Source: Trueperaceae bacterium (lineage in GTDB: Bacteria; Deinococcota; Deinococci; Deinococcales; Trueperaceae). From it: a stretch of DNA of 64,000 bases. Each line of letters begins with the position of its first letter. Position 1 is the first letter of the stretch. The translations under genes were made by a program, and so were the position numbers. Location: contig OZ243927.1 in the NCBI GenBank assembly GCA_965213925.1, positions 2,464,001 through 2,528,000 on the forward strand. The letters are read 5' to 3'. The notes under the pieces are model-generated. The model ran no database searches. It saw only the letters and a program-made list of their open reading frames with translations, and was not told where the DNA came from. Positions 47,243-58,900 of the stretch are shown here, piece after piece.

Positions 47243-47698
47243 ATGACTGTTCCTGAGGTTATCAACGACCCGACAGCGCAGTGGGATAGAAAGCCACCCG
47301 CTAGTCCTGAGGCTATCAGTTGTCTCATCGCTGAAGCTAGCTTTGAATTGCCGAGGGATTACCTTATATTTCTTCAACATAGCAATGGAGGATATGGGGT
47401 AATGGGTGTTGATCCTTGGTGGTTTAGCCTCTGGTCCGCTGAGGAAGTGATGCAACTAAATAGGGATTATAGGATAAAAGAATTTGCTCCTAGATTCTTT
47501 GGCTTTGGTAGTGACGGTGGTGGATATTTACTAGCATTCGATATGCAAAGCAGTCCCTGGAAAGTAATCATGATTCCCTTTATTCCAATGGAAGAGAAGG
47601 AAGCGGAAGTAATCGCTGAAGATTTTTTAGCTTTTGTGAGAACTGTAGGTCGGGAAGCAGAGAACCTAGAGCAGCTTAAAAAGGACGTTATTCGATGA
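47243..47698 (+). CDS. SMI1/KNR4 (SUKH) family protein
   Basis: PPASPEAI...LPRDYLIFLQHSNGG, FGSDGGGYLLAFD, IAEDFLAFV; AT-rich. Confidence 0.85.
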   Translation: MTVPEVINDPTAQWDRKPPASPEAISCLIAEASFELPRDYLIFLQHSNGGYGVMGVDPWWFSLWSAEEVMQLNRDYRIKEFAPRFFGFGSDGGGYLLAFDMQSSPWKVIMIPFIPMEEKEAEVIAEDFLAFVRTVGREAENLEQLKKDVIR

Positions 47699-48270
47699 CA
47701 GAGCAAGCAACAATTCAACCCTACTTCTCAGACAAACAAGACACACTAAACGAAATCTTAGGGCGCTATCCCGAGTACGGGCAGCGTAGCGCCGTCATGC
47801 CTCTCTTGTGGGAGGTGCAGCGGGCTGAAAAGCATATCAGCGAGGCAAGGGTGGAAGAAATCGCCCACATCCTAGACCTCAACCCGACGGAGGTCAAAGG
47901 GGTGATGAGCTTCTACTCGACCTATCACGAGCACCCGATTGGCGAGTACCACCTGCAAATCTGCTCGACGCTCTCGTGTTCGCTAGCGGGTTCAGACGAG
48001 ATGTACGACTTCATCTCCGAGGAGACCGGGCTCGTGAACGGCGAGACGAGCCGCGACGGGAAATTCAGCATTCAGAAGGTGGAGTGCTTGGGCTCGTGCG
48101 GCACTGCGCCCGTGTTGCAGGTGAACGATGTCTATTATGAGCGCGTGACGAAGTCGGGCTGTCAGAAGCTATTAGATGCGTTTAGAAACGGTGAGATGCC
48201 GGAGCCGAGCCGCGAGCGCGGCGGCGACAATGTAGGAGAAGAGAAACCTAAGATTGGAGAGAACGCGTGA
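47695..48270 (+). CDS. nuoE: NADH-quinone oxidoreductase subunit E
   Basis: CSTLSC...ECLGSCG (N1a). Confidence 0.96.
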   Translation: MTEQATIQPYFSDKQDTLNEILGRYPEYGQRSAVMPLLWEVQRAEKHISEARVEEIAHILDLNPTEVKGVMSFYSTYHEHPIGEYHLQICSTLSCSLAGSDEMYDFISEETGLVNGETSRDGKFSIQKVECLGSCGTAPVLQVNDVYYERVTKSGCQKLLDAFRNGEMPEPSRERGGDNVGEEKPKIGENA

Positions 48271-49607
48271 GCGACGCTGTAGCAGAACGTCCAAAACCAA
48301 TAACAAGCCGCAAGGATTCGCGCTTTGAAGTGACCATGTACAAGCACGTGGGTGTAGAGAACGCCTGGACGCTTGACTACTATTTAGGGCACGGCGGCTA
48401 CGAAGCGGCGAAGAAGGCGCTCAAGATGGAGCCGAAAGAGGTTGTGAACACCGTTAAATCTTCTGGTTTACGCGGAAGAGGTGGTGCGGGCTTCCCGACG
48501 GGCGTGAAGTGGTCCTTTATGCCTCCCCCCGACGGGCGGCAGCGCTTTTTGGTCTGCAACGCGGACGAGTCGGAGCCGGGCTCGTTTAAGGATAGATACA
48601 TCTGCGAGGACGACCCGCACCAACTTATCGAAGGTTTGCTCATCGGCTGCTACGCAATTGAGGCGACGATTGGCGTCATCTACATTCGCGGTGAGTATTA
48701 CAAGGGTTATGACCGACTGCGTCAGGCGATTATCGACGCGCGTGAGGCAGGCTACCTCGGCAAGAACATCTTCGACTCGGGCTTCGACTTCGACATCATT
48801 TTGCACCGGGGTTCGGGCGCGTACATCTGCGGCGAAGAGACCTCGCTGATGAACTCGTTCGAGGGCTTGCGGGCGAACCCTCGTCTCAAGCCACCTTTCC
48901 CTGCCCAAGCAGGTGTGTACAGCCGCCCGACGAGCATCAACAACGTGACCTCTCTAGCGAGCGTCGTCCACATCATCAACAACGGTGCGGAGTGGTTCTC
49001 AGGCATGGGCACGGACGACTCGAAGGGGACGAAGCTCTATCAGATCAGTGGTCCGGTGGCGAAACCTGGTGTGTACGAACTGCCGATGGGTGCGACCTTC
49101 CGCGAACTGATTTACGATCTCGCGGGTGGTCCTACCGAAGAGGTCAAGGCGCTCATTCCCGGTGGTTCCTCCACGCCGCTGCTGCGCTTCGATGACGACA
49201 CCCTAGACACGCCGATGGACTACGGTTCCATCACCAAAAAAGGCTCCATGCTCGGGACGGGCGGCGTCATCCTCATTCCTAAGGAGAAGTGCATCGTCAA
49301 CGCGACGTGGAACTTGGTGCGCTTCTACGCGCATGAATCCTGCGGGAAGTGCACGCCGTGCCGCGAGGGGATCAGCGGGTGGATGACGAAGATGTATCAG
49401 AAGTTGGTGAAAGGTCTGGGGGAAGAAGGGGACCTCGAGCTAATAGAAAACATGTCCGTGAACATTAAGGGCAAGTCGTTTTGTCCCTTGGCGGACGCCT
49501 GCTTAGGTCCGGTGCAGTCGAGCGTGGAGCTTTTCCGTGAGGAGTATGTACATCTAATCGAGAACGGCGAGCCGATGTATCCGAGAGAGGAGTGGTGGGC
49601 GGAGTGA
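48267..49607 (+). CDS. nuoF: NADH-quinone oxidoreductase subunit F
   Basis: [40 protein letters not shown]. Confidence 0.97.
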   Translation: MSDAVAERPKPITSRKDSRFEVTMYKHVGVENAWTLDYYLGHGGYEAAKKALKMEPKEVVNTVKSSGLRGRGGAGFPTGVKWSFMPPPDGRQRFLVCNADESEPGSFKDRYICEDDPHQLIEGLLIGCYAIEATIGVIYIRGEYYKGYDRLRQAIIDAREAGYLGKNIFDSGFDFDIILHRGSGAYICGEETSLMNSFEGLRANPRLKPPFPAQAGVYSRPTSINNVTSLASVVHIINNGAEWFSGMGTDDSKGTKLYQISGPVAKPGVYELPMGATFRELIYDLAGGPTEEVKALIPGGSSTPLLRFDDDTLDTPMDYGSITKKGSMLGTGGVILIPKEKCIVNATWNLVRFYAHESCGKCTPCREGISGWMTKMYQKLVKGLGEEGDLELIENMSVNIKGKSFCPLADACLGPVQSSVELFREEYVHLIENGEPMYPREEWWAE

Positions 49608-52023
49608 AAGTAAAAGTCAACGGAAATGAACTCGAGTTAGAACCCGGCACGTCCGCCATCGACGCCGTCTTCGCCGCTGGCTATGACGTCCCTTACTTCT
49701 GCTCGCAGGAGTACATGTCGCCCATCGGCGCGTGCCGGATGTGTCTCGGTAAAGTCGGTGCGCCGCGCAAGGACCGCGAGACGGGCGAGTGGATCAAAGA
49801 CGAGGAGACGGGCGAGCCGAAAGTGTTCTTCTTCCCCAACCTGATGGCGACCTGCACGACTGCCATCATGGAGGGGATGGTCATCGACACGCAGTCTAAA
49901 GAGGTCAAGCAGGCGCAGTCAGGGATGATGGAGTTCACGCTCATCAATCACCCGCTCGACTGCCCCGTCTGCGACAAGGGCGGCGCGTGCGAGCTGCAAG
50001 ACCGCGCGTATGAATACGGCTCTGGCACGACGCGCTTCGACTTCGACAAGCGCCACCAGGAGAAGCATCACGCGCTTTCAGAACTCATCACCCTAGACCG
50101 TGAGCGGTGCATCCACTGTAAGCGGTGCGTGCGCTACTTCGAAGAGGTGCCGAGCGACGAGGTCTTGGACTTCATCGACCGGGGTGGGCACACCTACATC
50201 GGCAACGTCGAGGACGGGCTGCCCTCGAACTTCACGGGGAACATCACGGATATGTGTCCGGTAGGAGCATTGCTGGATACGACCTCTCGCTTTCGTGGGC
50301 GCAACTGGGAGTACGACCACACGCGCTCGACTTCGGTGGATGATTCTTCGGGTAGCGCGGTGATGATCGACGCTCGCACGGGGCGGATTGAACGCATCAA
50401 GGCGGCGCGGAATACGCAGGTGAATCTCGATTGGATAGACGACGGCACGCGCTTCGGACATGAGTATGCAAATGCGGAGGACAGGCTTAAAACGCCGATG
50501 GTTCGTCAGAATGGCACGCTCGAGCCCGCCACCTGGGAAGAAGCGGCTGAGTTTATCAAGGGGAAGCTCGAGTCCTTAGGTGACAGTATCGGCATCGTTT
50601 TGAGAGCGGACGCGACGCTCGAGGAAGCCGTCGCGGCCAAAGCCCTCGCCGAACAGCTCGGCACGGGGCACCTCGACCACTTCCCACGCCCTGCCGCCTC
50701 GGTGATTCCAACTGCTGAAGCTGCAACCTTTACCGATGTCGCCACGAGCGATGGCATCTTCGTCATTGGCGATGTGACTGAAGAGGTCCCCATTCTCGAC
50801 CTCCGCATTAAGGACGCGCTCAAAGGCGTGCCGCCCGCCGACCTCATGCCGCACGGCGTTCCTATCGCCGACCTGCGCCTCAAGGAGCGGATGCCGCGCA
50901 AGCATGGGATTTTGAGCGTCGCTGCGCCCTACCGCGCGGATTTGATGCAGCACGCGGGGCGGGGGCTCGAGTACGCAGCAGGTCAAGAGGTCAAACTCCT
51001 TTCCTCTTTGTTGGACGTAGCGAACGGGGGAGAGGTCAAAGATTCTAAAGAGCTTGGTTTAGAGGCAGAACACCTCTCCAAGTTGGTCGAAGACCTTAAA
51101 GAAGCCGAGAACGCTGTCATTGTTTACGGCGCGTTCGTCCTCGCCTCGCCCGAAGCGGTTGAACTGGCAAATAAACTTGCTGAAGCGGTAGGTGCGAAGG
51201 TGATGCCGCTGGGACCGATGGCGAACTCGTATGGTTTGGAAGCGTTTGAAGTTCTGCCACAGGGTAAGAGCTACCACGAGATGATAAGTGGAGAGGTCAA
51301 AGGTCTCTTCCTCTCGGGTCTGAATCCTGCTCAAGATAAGAATATGGTTGACGCGCTCAAGAAGCTCGAGCTTCTCGTCGTCCACGATTCCTTCCCGACG
51401 GAGACGACTAACATTGCCGATATCGTCCTCCCTGCGAAGACGGGTTACGAGAAAGAGGGGGCGGTGGTGAACCTCGAGGGGCGCTACCTTCCCGTCCACC
51501 CTGCACCTGTTGACGGCGGACAGTCGGAAGATTTCACCGGACTCGTCAAAGCACTAGGCGAAGCCATCGGTACACGCATGGACGGGCGCAGCTTACGAAG
51601 TGCTCGCCGGATGCTCAGGAAGCAGCGCGACCTCGACTTAGATGAGTTGCCTGTCGAAGGTCAAATCATTCGCAGTGAACCCAAAGCGAAAGCTGGGAAA
51701 GCTGCAAGTACAGACGGCAACCTCTTGCTTGTTCCAAGCATGGTTAAGGCGGAGCGTTTGAGCCGCAACCCGCACATGGTGGCGGCGTATGGGGAAGCAC
51801 CTTTGCGTATCAGTTCAAAAGATGCGAAGAAAGAGGGGCTGGAAGACGGCGAACTCATCACCTTAACCGTAGGTGGCTTCACCCGCCGCGCACAGGTTAA
51901 AGTGTCAGACGCTATGCCCCGAGGACTCATGACCCTACCCGTATTGCCCGAACAACCCACCCAACTCGTCCAGTTCGACCTCTCAAACGTCCAGCGCGAA
52001 CGCCAAGCGGAGGCTGCCGACTG

Positions 52024-52024
<1 letters not shown>
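49604..52024 (+). CDS. nuoG: NADH-quinone oxidoreductase subunit G
   Basis: GTG 49604 overlapping the nuoF stop; [38 protein letters not shown]. Confidence 0.96.
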
Positions 52025-53034
<1,010 letters not shown>

Positions 53035-53077
53035 AGGTGTGAGCTGTTGAGTATCAGGGCTCGAGAGAGGATGAGGT

Positions 53078-53563
53078 ATGAGCAAGGCTGAAGTGGTTTC
53101 AATCTTCACCGCACCCGAGGCGGAAGCGCCGATGGAAGAGGTGAAGTCTGTCGAAGCGGTAGAGGGGCAAGGCTTAAAGGGAGACCGCTACTTCAAAGGT
53201 GAGGGGACGTTTTCCGAAACCGTCGAGTCTCCCTCGGATGAGATTACGCTGATTGAGTCCGAAATGGTAGAAGCCTTTAACGAACGTGGGGAAACAACTT
53301 TGGACCCTTCCGCCTTCCGCCGCAACCTCTTGACCAAAGGTGTCAGCTTAAACGCCTTAGTCGGCAAGACCTTCAAAGTCGGCGACGTGACCTTAAAAGG
53401 CACGCGCCTCTGCGAACCCTGCAACCACCTCGCGACGATTGTCCATAAAGATGTATTGCAAATGGTTCATCAGGCGGGGCTGAGGGCGGGGATTGTCTCG
53501 AGTGGAACCATCAACGTCGGTGACGAAATTCAAGTTTTAGTAGAAGCAGACAGCGTCGGATAA
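53078..53563 (+). CDS. MOSC domain protein
   Basis: GLKGDRY, FRRNLLT, LCEPC, GLRAGIVSSGTINVGD. Confidence 0.88.
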   Translation: MSKAEVVSIFTAPEAEAPMEEVKSVEAVEGQGLKGDRYFKGEGTFSETVESPSDEITLIESEMVEAFNERGETTLDPSAFRRNLLTKGVSLNALVGKTFKVGDVTLKGTRLCEPCNHLATIVHKDVLQMVHQAGLRAGIVSSGTINVGDEIQVLVEADSVG

Positions 53564-53574
53564 GTAATGAACCA

Positions 53575-53700
53575 TGTCATTTTGAATGAAGCGAAGCCCT
53601 ACGACGAACGTAGGATAGACTCCATGAAGAATCTCTGCATTTGCTTTCTCCTGGTCGAGATTACGAGGCGAGACCCTTCACATTCATTCAGGGTGACATT
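53575..53700. repeat. TGTCAT...GAAGAATCT...TGACA miniature repeat
   Basis: Shares AGCCCTAC, TAGGATAGACTCCA, GAAGAATCTCTGCATTTGCTTTCTCCT, CGAGACCCT and CAGGGTGACAT with 23810-23986. Confidence 0.8.
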
Positions 53701-53784
53701 CAAAGTGTAGAAGAGATTTTGAGCGTAGTTTATCTTGCTAAAAGGACTTATCGGTAGAAAAAATCTACCCGGAAGGAAGATACA

Positions 53785-54309
53785 GTGAGCGTTATAGATA
53801 TTGCAAAGGGGATGGGCGTCACGCTCGGGCATCTTTTCAAAAAGCCCGTAACCGTGCGCTACCCCGAACAACCCGCCACCATTCAGCCGCGCTTTCGCGG
53901 GCGGCATCACCTCTTGCGGCATCCGAATGGGCTCGAGAAGTGCATCGGCTGTTCGCTGTGCGCGGCGGCGTGTCCCGCCTACGCCATCTACGTCGAGGCG
54001 GCGGAGAACGACCCCGACAACCCCACCTCGCCGGGCGAGCGCTACGCGAGCATTTACGAGATCAATATGCTCCGCTGCATCTTCTGCGGCATGTGCGAAG
54101 AGGCGTGTCCGACGGGCGCGGTTGTATTGGGTCACGAATTCGAGTTGGCAGACTTCAAATACGACGACTTTACCTATGGTAAAGAGGACATGCTCGTCGG
54201 CGTCAAAGGCTCGAAGTGGCAGCGGCGCGAGGCGGAGAAGAAAGGTGAAGAGGTTAGGCTCGGATTCGAGGCGGGGTCACGTCCTGAGTTGGAGGGAGTG
54301 GAGTACTGA
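53785..54309 (+). CDS. nuoI: NADH-quinone oxidoreductase subunit I
   Basis: [24 protein letters not shown]. Confidence 0.97.
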   Translation: MSVIDIAKGMGVTLGHLFKKPVTVRYPEQPATIQPRFRGRHHLLRHPNGLEKCIGCSLCAAACPAYAIYVEAAENDPDNPTSPGERYASIYEINMLRCIFCGMCEEACPTGAVVLGHEFELADFKYDDFTYGKEDMLVGVKGSKWQRREAEKKGEEVRLGFEAGSRPELEGVEY

Positions 54310-54440
54310 TGAGAAGAGAAAAGAGAAAAGGAAAAATAAGGTCAAAGAGAAAAGGACTGTTATGCAAGTTTTCGCGTAGCGAAGGGACTGAGGTTGAAAT
54401 CTTTTCTCCCAGTCCTCAGTCCTCAGTCCTTTTACCTCTC
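54310..54440. repeat. Heptamer repeats (GAGAAAA, AGGACTG/CAGTCCT)
   Basis: Same units as 45296-45362 and 14388-14420. Confidence 0.75.
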
Positions 54441-54451
54441 TTGGAGTCTTT

Positions 54452-55006
54452 GTGATTACCTTTTACCTCTTGGCTGCCGTCATGACCATCGGCGCACTTG
54501 GCGTCATCGCCCTGCGGCAACCTGTCCACGCGGCGCTTTCGCTCGTCGGGACGCTGCTAACCTTAGCTGTAACTTACGTGACGCTCCAAGCGCACTTTTT
54601 GGCGGCGATTCAGGTCATCGTTTATGCGGGCGCGATTATGGTGCTCTTTTTGTTTGTAATCATGCTCCTCAACGTACAGGGCGAAGACCGAGCGACTGAC
54701 CTCAAGTGGATGAAGCCAGCCGCGTACCTCGTAGGCTTAGCGGCGGCGGGCGCACTCGTCGTCAGTATCTTTGCAAACCCCTTACCCCTTCCGAGTGCGG
54801 AGCAAGTAAGCGCGGTTCTCAATGGCGGCGGCGCAGCCGAAGTTGGCGACGCGCTCTTCAGCCAGTTCGTTTTAGCCTTTCAACTCGTCGGCGTGCTGCT
54901 GCTAACCGGCATTATCGGCGCAGTAAGCCTAGTCGAGCGTAAGGCGCGGCAGGTTGAAGATGCGCAGGTGGAGCGGGAAGAGCAGAGGGAGTTGACGAAT
55001 GCGTAA
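54452..55006 (+). CDS. nuoJ: NADH-quinone oxidoreductase subunit J
   Basis: QVIVYAGAIMVLFLFVIMLL. Confidence 0.95.
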   Translation: MITFYLLAAVMTIGALGVIALRQPVHAALSLVGTLLTLAVTYVTLQAHFLAAIQVIVYAGAIMVLFLFVIMLLNVQGEDRATDLKWMKPAAYLVGLAAAGALVVSIFANPLPLPSAEQVSAVLNGGGAAEVGDALFSQFVLAFQLVGVLLLTGIIGAVSLVERKARQVEDAQVEREEQRELTNA

Positions 55007-55011
55007 AGGTA

Positions 55012-55090
55012 AGAGAATTCAGAATTCAAAATTCAGAACCCAGAAGAAAGGCTTTTTTATTCTGAATTCTGAATTCTGTGTTCTGGCTAC
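55012..55090. repeat. Heptamer hairpin repeat (AGAATTC/ATTCTGA)
   Basis: agaattc-agaattc-aaaattc-agaaccc ... attctga-attctga-attctgt. Confidence 0.8.
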
Positions 55091-55110
55091 TTCCTCCGAA
55101 GGAGGAACCT

Positions 55111-55431
55111 ATGGTTCCAACTGAGTACTACGTGGCGCTCAGCGCCGTTATTTTTTCGATTGGCGCGGTGGGCGTGTTGACGCGCCGCAGCGCGATTATG
55201 ATCTTTTTGTCCGTTGAACTCATGCTCAACGCGGCGAACTTGGCGCTAGTAGCGTTTGCAAGAGGTTGGGCGGGCGCGGGTGCTGAGATTGCGATGTCAG
55301 GACAGGCGGCGGTCTTTATCATCTTGGCGATTGCGGCGGCAGAGGTTGCGGTGGGTCTCGGCATCCTCGTCGCCATCTTCCGCTACCGCCGCTCGTCGGA
55401 CGTAGACACGCTCCATGAGGTGCGACTATGA
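55111..55431 (+). CDS. nuoK: NADH-quinone oxidoreductase subunit K
   Basis: ATG 55111 with AGGAGG RBS; SVELMLNA, AAAEVAVGL. Confidence 0.96.
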   Translation: MVPTEYYVALSAVIFSIGAVGVLTRRSAIMIFLSVELMLNAANLALVAFARGWAGAGAEIAMSGQAAVFIILAIAAAEVAVGLGILVAIFRYRRSSDVDTLHEVRL

Positions 55432-57413
55432 CGCCAGAAGCCCTTGCGAACGCGGAGGTTCTTACTCTCGACGTTATCTCACTCGCCGCCGCCGCGCCGC
55501 TCTTTCCGCTGATAGGCGCGATTATCTGCGGCTTTTTCGGGCGGAGCTTGAACGAGCCGAAGCCGGGAATCTTCGCTTCGATTATGGTGGGCATCAGCTT
55601 TATCCTCTCGGTTATCGCTTTCGTCGGACTTTTAGGGCGAGAAGACCCGAGCGTATCGGTGGTACTTTGGGACTACCTCTCGGCAGGGAGCTTCGATCTC
55701 AACGTCGGCTTTGTGATCGACTCGCTCAGCGTCACGCTGATGATGATTATTACGGGCGTCGGCTTCCTGATTCATGTTTATTCCGCTGGCTATATGCACG
55801 GCGACGATGGGTACAGCCGCTACTTTGCGGGGCTCAACCTCTTCGTCGCGGCGATGCTGGTGCTCGTGATGGCGGACTCGTTCTTGCTGATGTTCGTCGG
55901 TTGGGAAGGGGTCGGGGTCTGCTCGTACCTCTTGATCGGCTTTTGGTACGGAGACCGGCTCAACGCGGACGCGGCAAGAAAGGCGTTCATCGTCAACCGC
56001 ATCGGGGACGTGGGCTTTTTGCTGGCGATGTTCTTGACGGTTGCGCTTTTCGGCACACTGAATATCGCAGCGGTCAACGAGGCAGTGTCTAGCGTTGGAG
56101 GCGGGCTCCTCGCGGGTTCTGCCCTTGTCACGGTGCTCGGCGTTCTCTACCTCATTGCGGCGTGCGGCAAGTCGGCGCAGCTTCCCTTGCAGGTGTGGCT
56201 CCCCGATGCGATGGCGGGACCGACGCCCGTCTCGGCGCTCATCCACGCAGCGACGATGGTCACAGCGGGGGTGTACCTCATTGCGAGGGCTGCACCTCTT
56301 TTTGCGGCTGCACCTGTTGCGTCGGCAGCGGTGGCGTGGGTCGGGGCGATTACCGCGTTCGTGGCGGCGTTTGCGGCGCTTTCGCAGACGGACATCAAAA
56401 AGATTCTCGCCTACTCCACCGTGTCGCAGCTCGGCTATATGTTTGTTGCGGTGGGTGTCGGTGCGTACTGGGTCGGCATCTTCCACGTGGTCACGCACGC
56501 CTTCTTTAAGGCGCTGCTCTTCCTTGGGGCGGGCTCAGTAATTCACTCGCTCGGCGGCGAGCAAGATATAAGCAAGATGGGCGGCTTGGGCAAGCACATG
56601 AAGGTGACGGGGACAACCTCTTTGGTTGCGACGCTAGCGATTGCGGGCGTGCCGCTTCTGGCGGGATTCTTCAGTAAAGACGCGATTCTCGCCCATACCT
56701 ACAACACGCAGCTTTTAGAGGGCTATGGCAGCCTCATCCTCTACAGCATCTTGCTCACCACAGCGGGGATGACCGCGTTCTACATGTTCCGCTGGTACTA
56801 CCGCGTGTTTGCGGGCGAGGAGCGGTTGACGGATGAAGCAAGGGAACACCTGCACGAGTCGCCCAGGGTGATGACCGCACCTCTTATTATCCTAGCTATT
56901 TTCAGCATCGGCATCGGCTATATCGGCTTGCCGGAGTTCGCATTTCCCAACATCATCGCGCCGTGGCTCGAGCACAGCACCGGACACCCCGTCTCCTTCA
57001 ACCATCCGCCTGTCATGATTGAGTGGATTCTTATTGGGTTGTCGGTGGCAGCGGCGACGGCTGGCTTGCTGGTCGGCTACTTCATGTACGCCGTTGGTAA
57101 TGGCGTGTCAGAGGAGCGCTCGAGCACAGGTACGATAGGCGCACTCCACCGCTTCTCACAGAACGGCGCAGGCTTCGACGCGCTTTATCAAGCGGTCTTT
57201 GTTCGCTCGGGTGAAGGGGCAGCGAGAGGTCTTTCTATCGGCGATCAAGAGGTCGTGGATAAAGGGCTTAATGGCACGTATATCGGGGTGGGAATTCTGG
57301 CAAGGGCCGTCGGTCTCTTACAGTCGGGCTACGTCCGCGCCTACGCGCTCCTCATGCTCTTAGGGCTGGCGGCGCTCATCTTACTCGTCGCCTTTGGTGG
57401 AGTGGTCCTATGA
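55428..57413 (+). CDS. nuoL: NADH-quinone oxidoreductase subunit L
   Basis: GWEGVG, KSAQLPLQVWLPDAMAGPTPVSALIHAATMV, HAFFKALLFL. Confidence 0.97.
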   Translation: MTPEALANAEVLTLDVISLAAAAPLFPLIGAIICGFFGRSLNEPKPGIFASIMVGISFILSVIAFVGLLGREDPSVSVVLWDYLSAGSFDLNVGFVIDSLSVTLMMIITGVGFLIHVYSAGYMHGDDGYSRYFAGLNLFVAAMLVLVMADSFLLMFVGWEGVGVCSYLLIGFWYGDRLNADAARKAFIVNRIGDVGFLLAMFLTVALFGTLNIAAVNEAVSSVGGGLLAGSALVTVLGVLYLIAACGKSAQLPLQVWLPDAMAGPTPVSALIHAATMVTAGVYLIARAAPLFAAAPVASAAVAWVGAITAFVAAFAALSQTDIKKILAYSTVSQLGYMFVAVGVGAYWVGIFHVVTHAFFKALLFLGAGSVIHSLGGEQDISKMGGLGKHMKVTGTTSLVATLAIAGVPLLAGFFSKDAILAHTYNTQLLEGYGSLILYSILLTTAGMTAFYMFRWYYRVFAGEERLTDEAREHLHESPRVMTAPLIILAIFSIGIGYIGLPEFAFPNIIAPWLEHSTGHPVSFNHPPVMIEWILIGLSVAAATAGLLVGYFMYAVGNGVSEERSSTGTIGALHRFSQNGAGFDALYQAVFVRSGEGAARGLSIGDQEVVDKGLNGTYIGVGILARAVGLLQSGYVRAYALLMLLGLAALILLVAFGGVVL

Positions 57414-58900
57414 TTCTGACCTTACTCGTCCTCTTTTTACCTCTTCTCACTGGACTTCTCGCCCTAGTCATCTCAGGACGTGGACGGCAGATTACCGTTC
57501 TAGTCGGTGGCTTAGCAACCTTTGCAGTGGCGATGCTCCTACCTAGCGCGTCCGGCATAGAGGTTCCCTGGTTCGAGAGTTTAGGCATCTACTTCTCCGT
57601 GAGTCCGGCAGGTGCAGGCAGTGTTCTTGTCCTCGTTGCCTCGCTCGTGATGATTCCGACGGCGTTCTACGCAGCCGCGAAAGTCGAAGAGCGTACGGGC
57701 GCGTTCGTCGCCTTACTCTTAGCGATGCAGACCGGGCTCAACGGGATTTTCATGGCGCAGGACTTAGTCCTCTACTATATCTTTTGGGAAGCGACGCTCA
57801 TTCCAAGTGTGCTGATGCTGGGGGGGTGGGGGCTTGAGCGTCGTCAACAAGCTGCCCTTAAATACCTGACCTACGCCGTCGCAGGTTCGTTCCTCATGCT
57901 CGTCGCTATCCTTGCCTTACGCCCCATCTCAGGCGCGGCGAGCTTCCGCATGGTGGACCTCTTAGCGGTGACGCCGGATTTGCCCTTTCTTACCCAGCTT
58001 TGGCTCTTTATCGGCTTCGCGTTGGCGTTCGCCGTGAAGCATCCGCTGTGGCCCCTCCACGCTTGGCTCCCGCACTTCCACGAGCAGAACCACCCCTCGG
58101 GTGCGGCGGACGTGGCGGGGACGCTCTACAAGGTCGGCGGTTGGGGCTTTTTCGCCTTTGCGATACCGCTTTTTCCCGACGCGGCGGCGGCGGCTTCGCC
58201 GATTCTGGTGGCAGTAGCTGCCTTTACCGCACTTTACGCAGCGATGATCGCTACCGCTCAAACGAACCTTAAGCGGCTCCTCGCTTACGCTTCACTTTCG
58301 CACATGGGTATTGTCGGAGTCGGGATTTTCGGTCTGAATATTGCAGGGCTGAGCGGCGCAATCTACCTGCTCGCGGCGCAAATGGTCTCGACGGGCGGAC
58401 TCTTCCTCCTCAGCGGGATGCTTTACGAGCGGCGCGGCTCGTTTGAACTTGACGACTACGGCGGACTTGCCAAAGGTGCGCCCGCGCTAGCGGCGGTTAC
58501 GCTTTTCGTCATGTTTGCGAGTATCGGCGTGCCGGGTTTAGGCAACTTCCCCGGTGAATTCATGGCGCTCATGGGCGCGTTTCAAACCGCGCCTTATATC
58601 GCTGGCTTCGCGACGCTCGCGGTCATTGCGGCGGGCGTGTACGGGGTGAACATGTATCAGCGGCTCTATCAGGGTGAAGAGAGGAGTGAGGTGCGGGATA
58701 TGGGGCAGCTCGAGCTTCTCATCCTCGCCCCTCTCCTAGCAGGCATCGTCTGGCTCGGTCTGACGCCGCAGCCGCAATTGACGCGCATCGAGCGGCAGAC
58801 GCAGGTGCTGTTGACGCAGTTGGAAACGCAGCAGCGGGTCAACGCGGAAGAGACGAGGCTCGAGCTTGTCGCAAGTCAAGAGCAAAGAGGTCAAGACTAA
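57410..58900 (+). CDS. nuoM: NADH-quinone oxidoreductase subunit M
   Basis: FWEATLIP, PLHAWLP, LLAYASLSHMG, PGLGNFPGE. Confidence 0.96.
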   Translation: MILTLLVLFLPLLTGLLALVISGRGRQITVLVGGLATFAVAMLLPSASGIEVPWFESLGIYFSVSPAGAGSVLVLVASLVMIPTAFYAAAKVEERTGAFVALLLAMQTGLNGIFMAQDLVLYYIFWEATLIPSVLMLGGWGLERRQQAALKYLTYAVAGSFLMLVAILALRPISGAASFRMVDLLAVTPDLPFLTQLWLFIGFALAFAVKHPLWPLHAWLPHFHEQNHPSGAADVAGTLYKVGGWGFFAFAIPLFPDAAAAASPILVAVAAFTALYAAMIATAQTNLKRLLAYASLSHMGIVGVGIFGLNIAGLSGAIYLLAAQMVSTGGLFLLSGMLYERRGSFELDDYGGLAKGAPALAAVTLFVMFASIGVPGLGNFPGEFMALMGAFQTAPYIAGFATLAVIAAGVYGVNMYQRLYQGEERSEVRDMGQLELLILAPLLAGIVWLGLTPQPQLTRIERQTQVLLTQLETQQRVNAEETRLELVASQEQRGQD

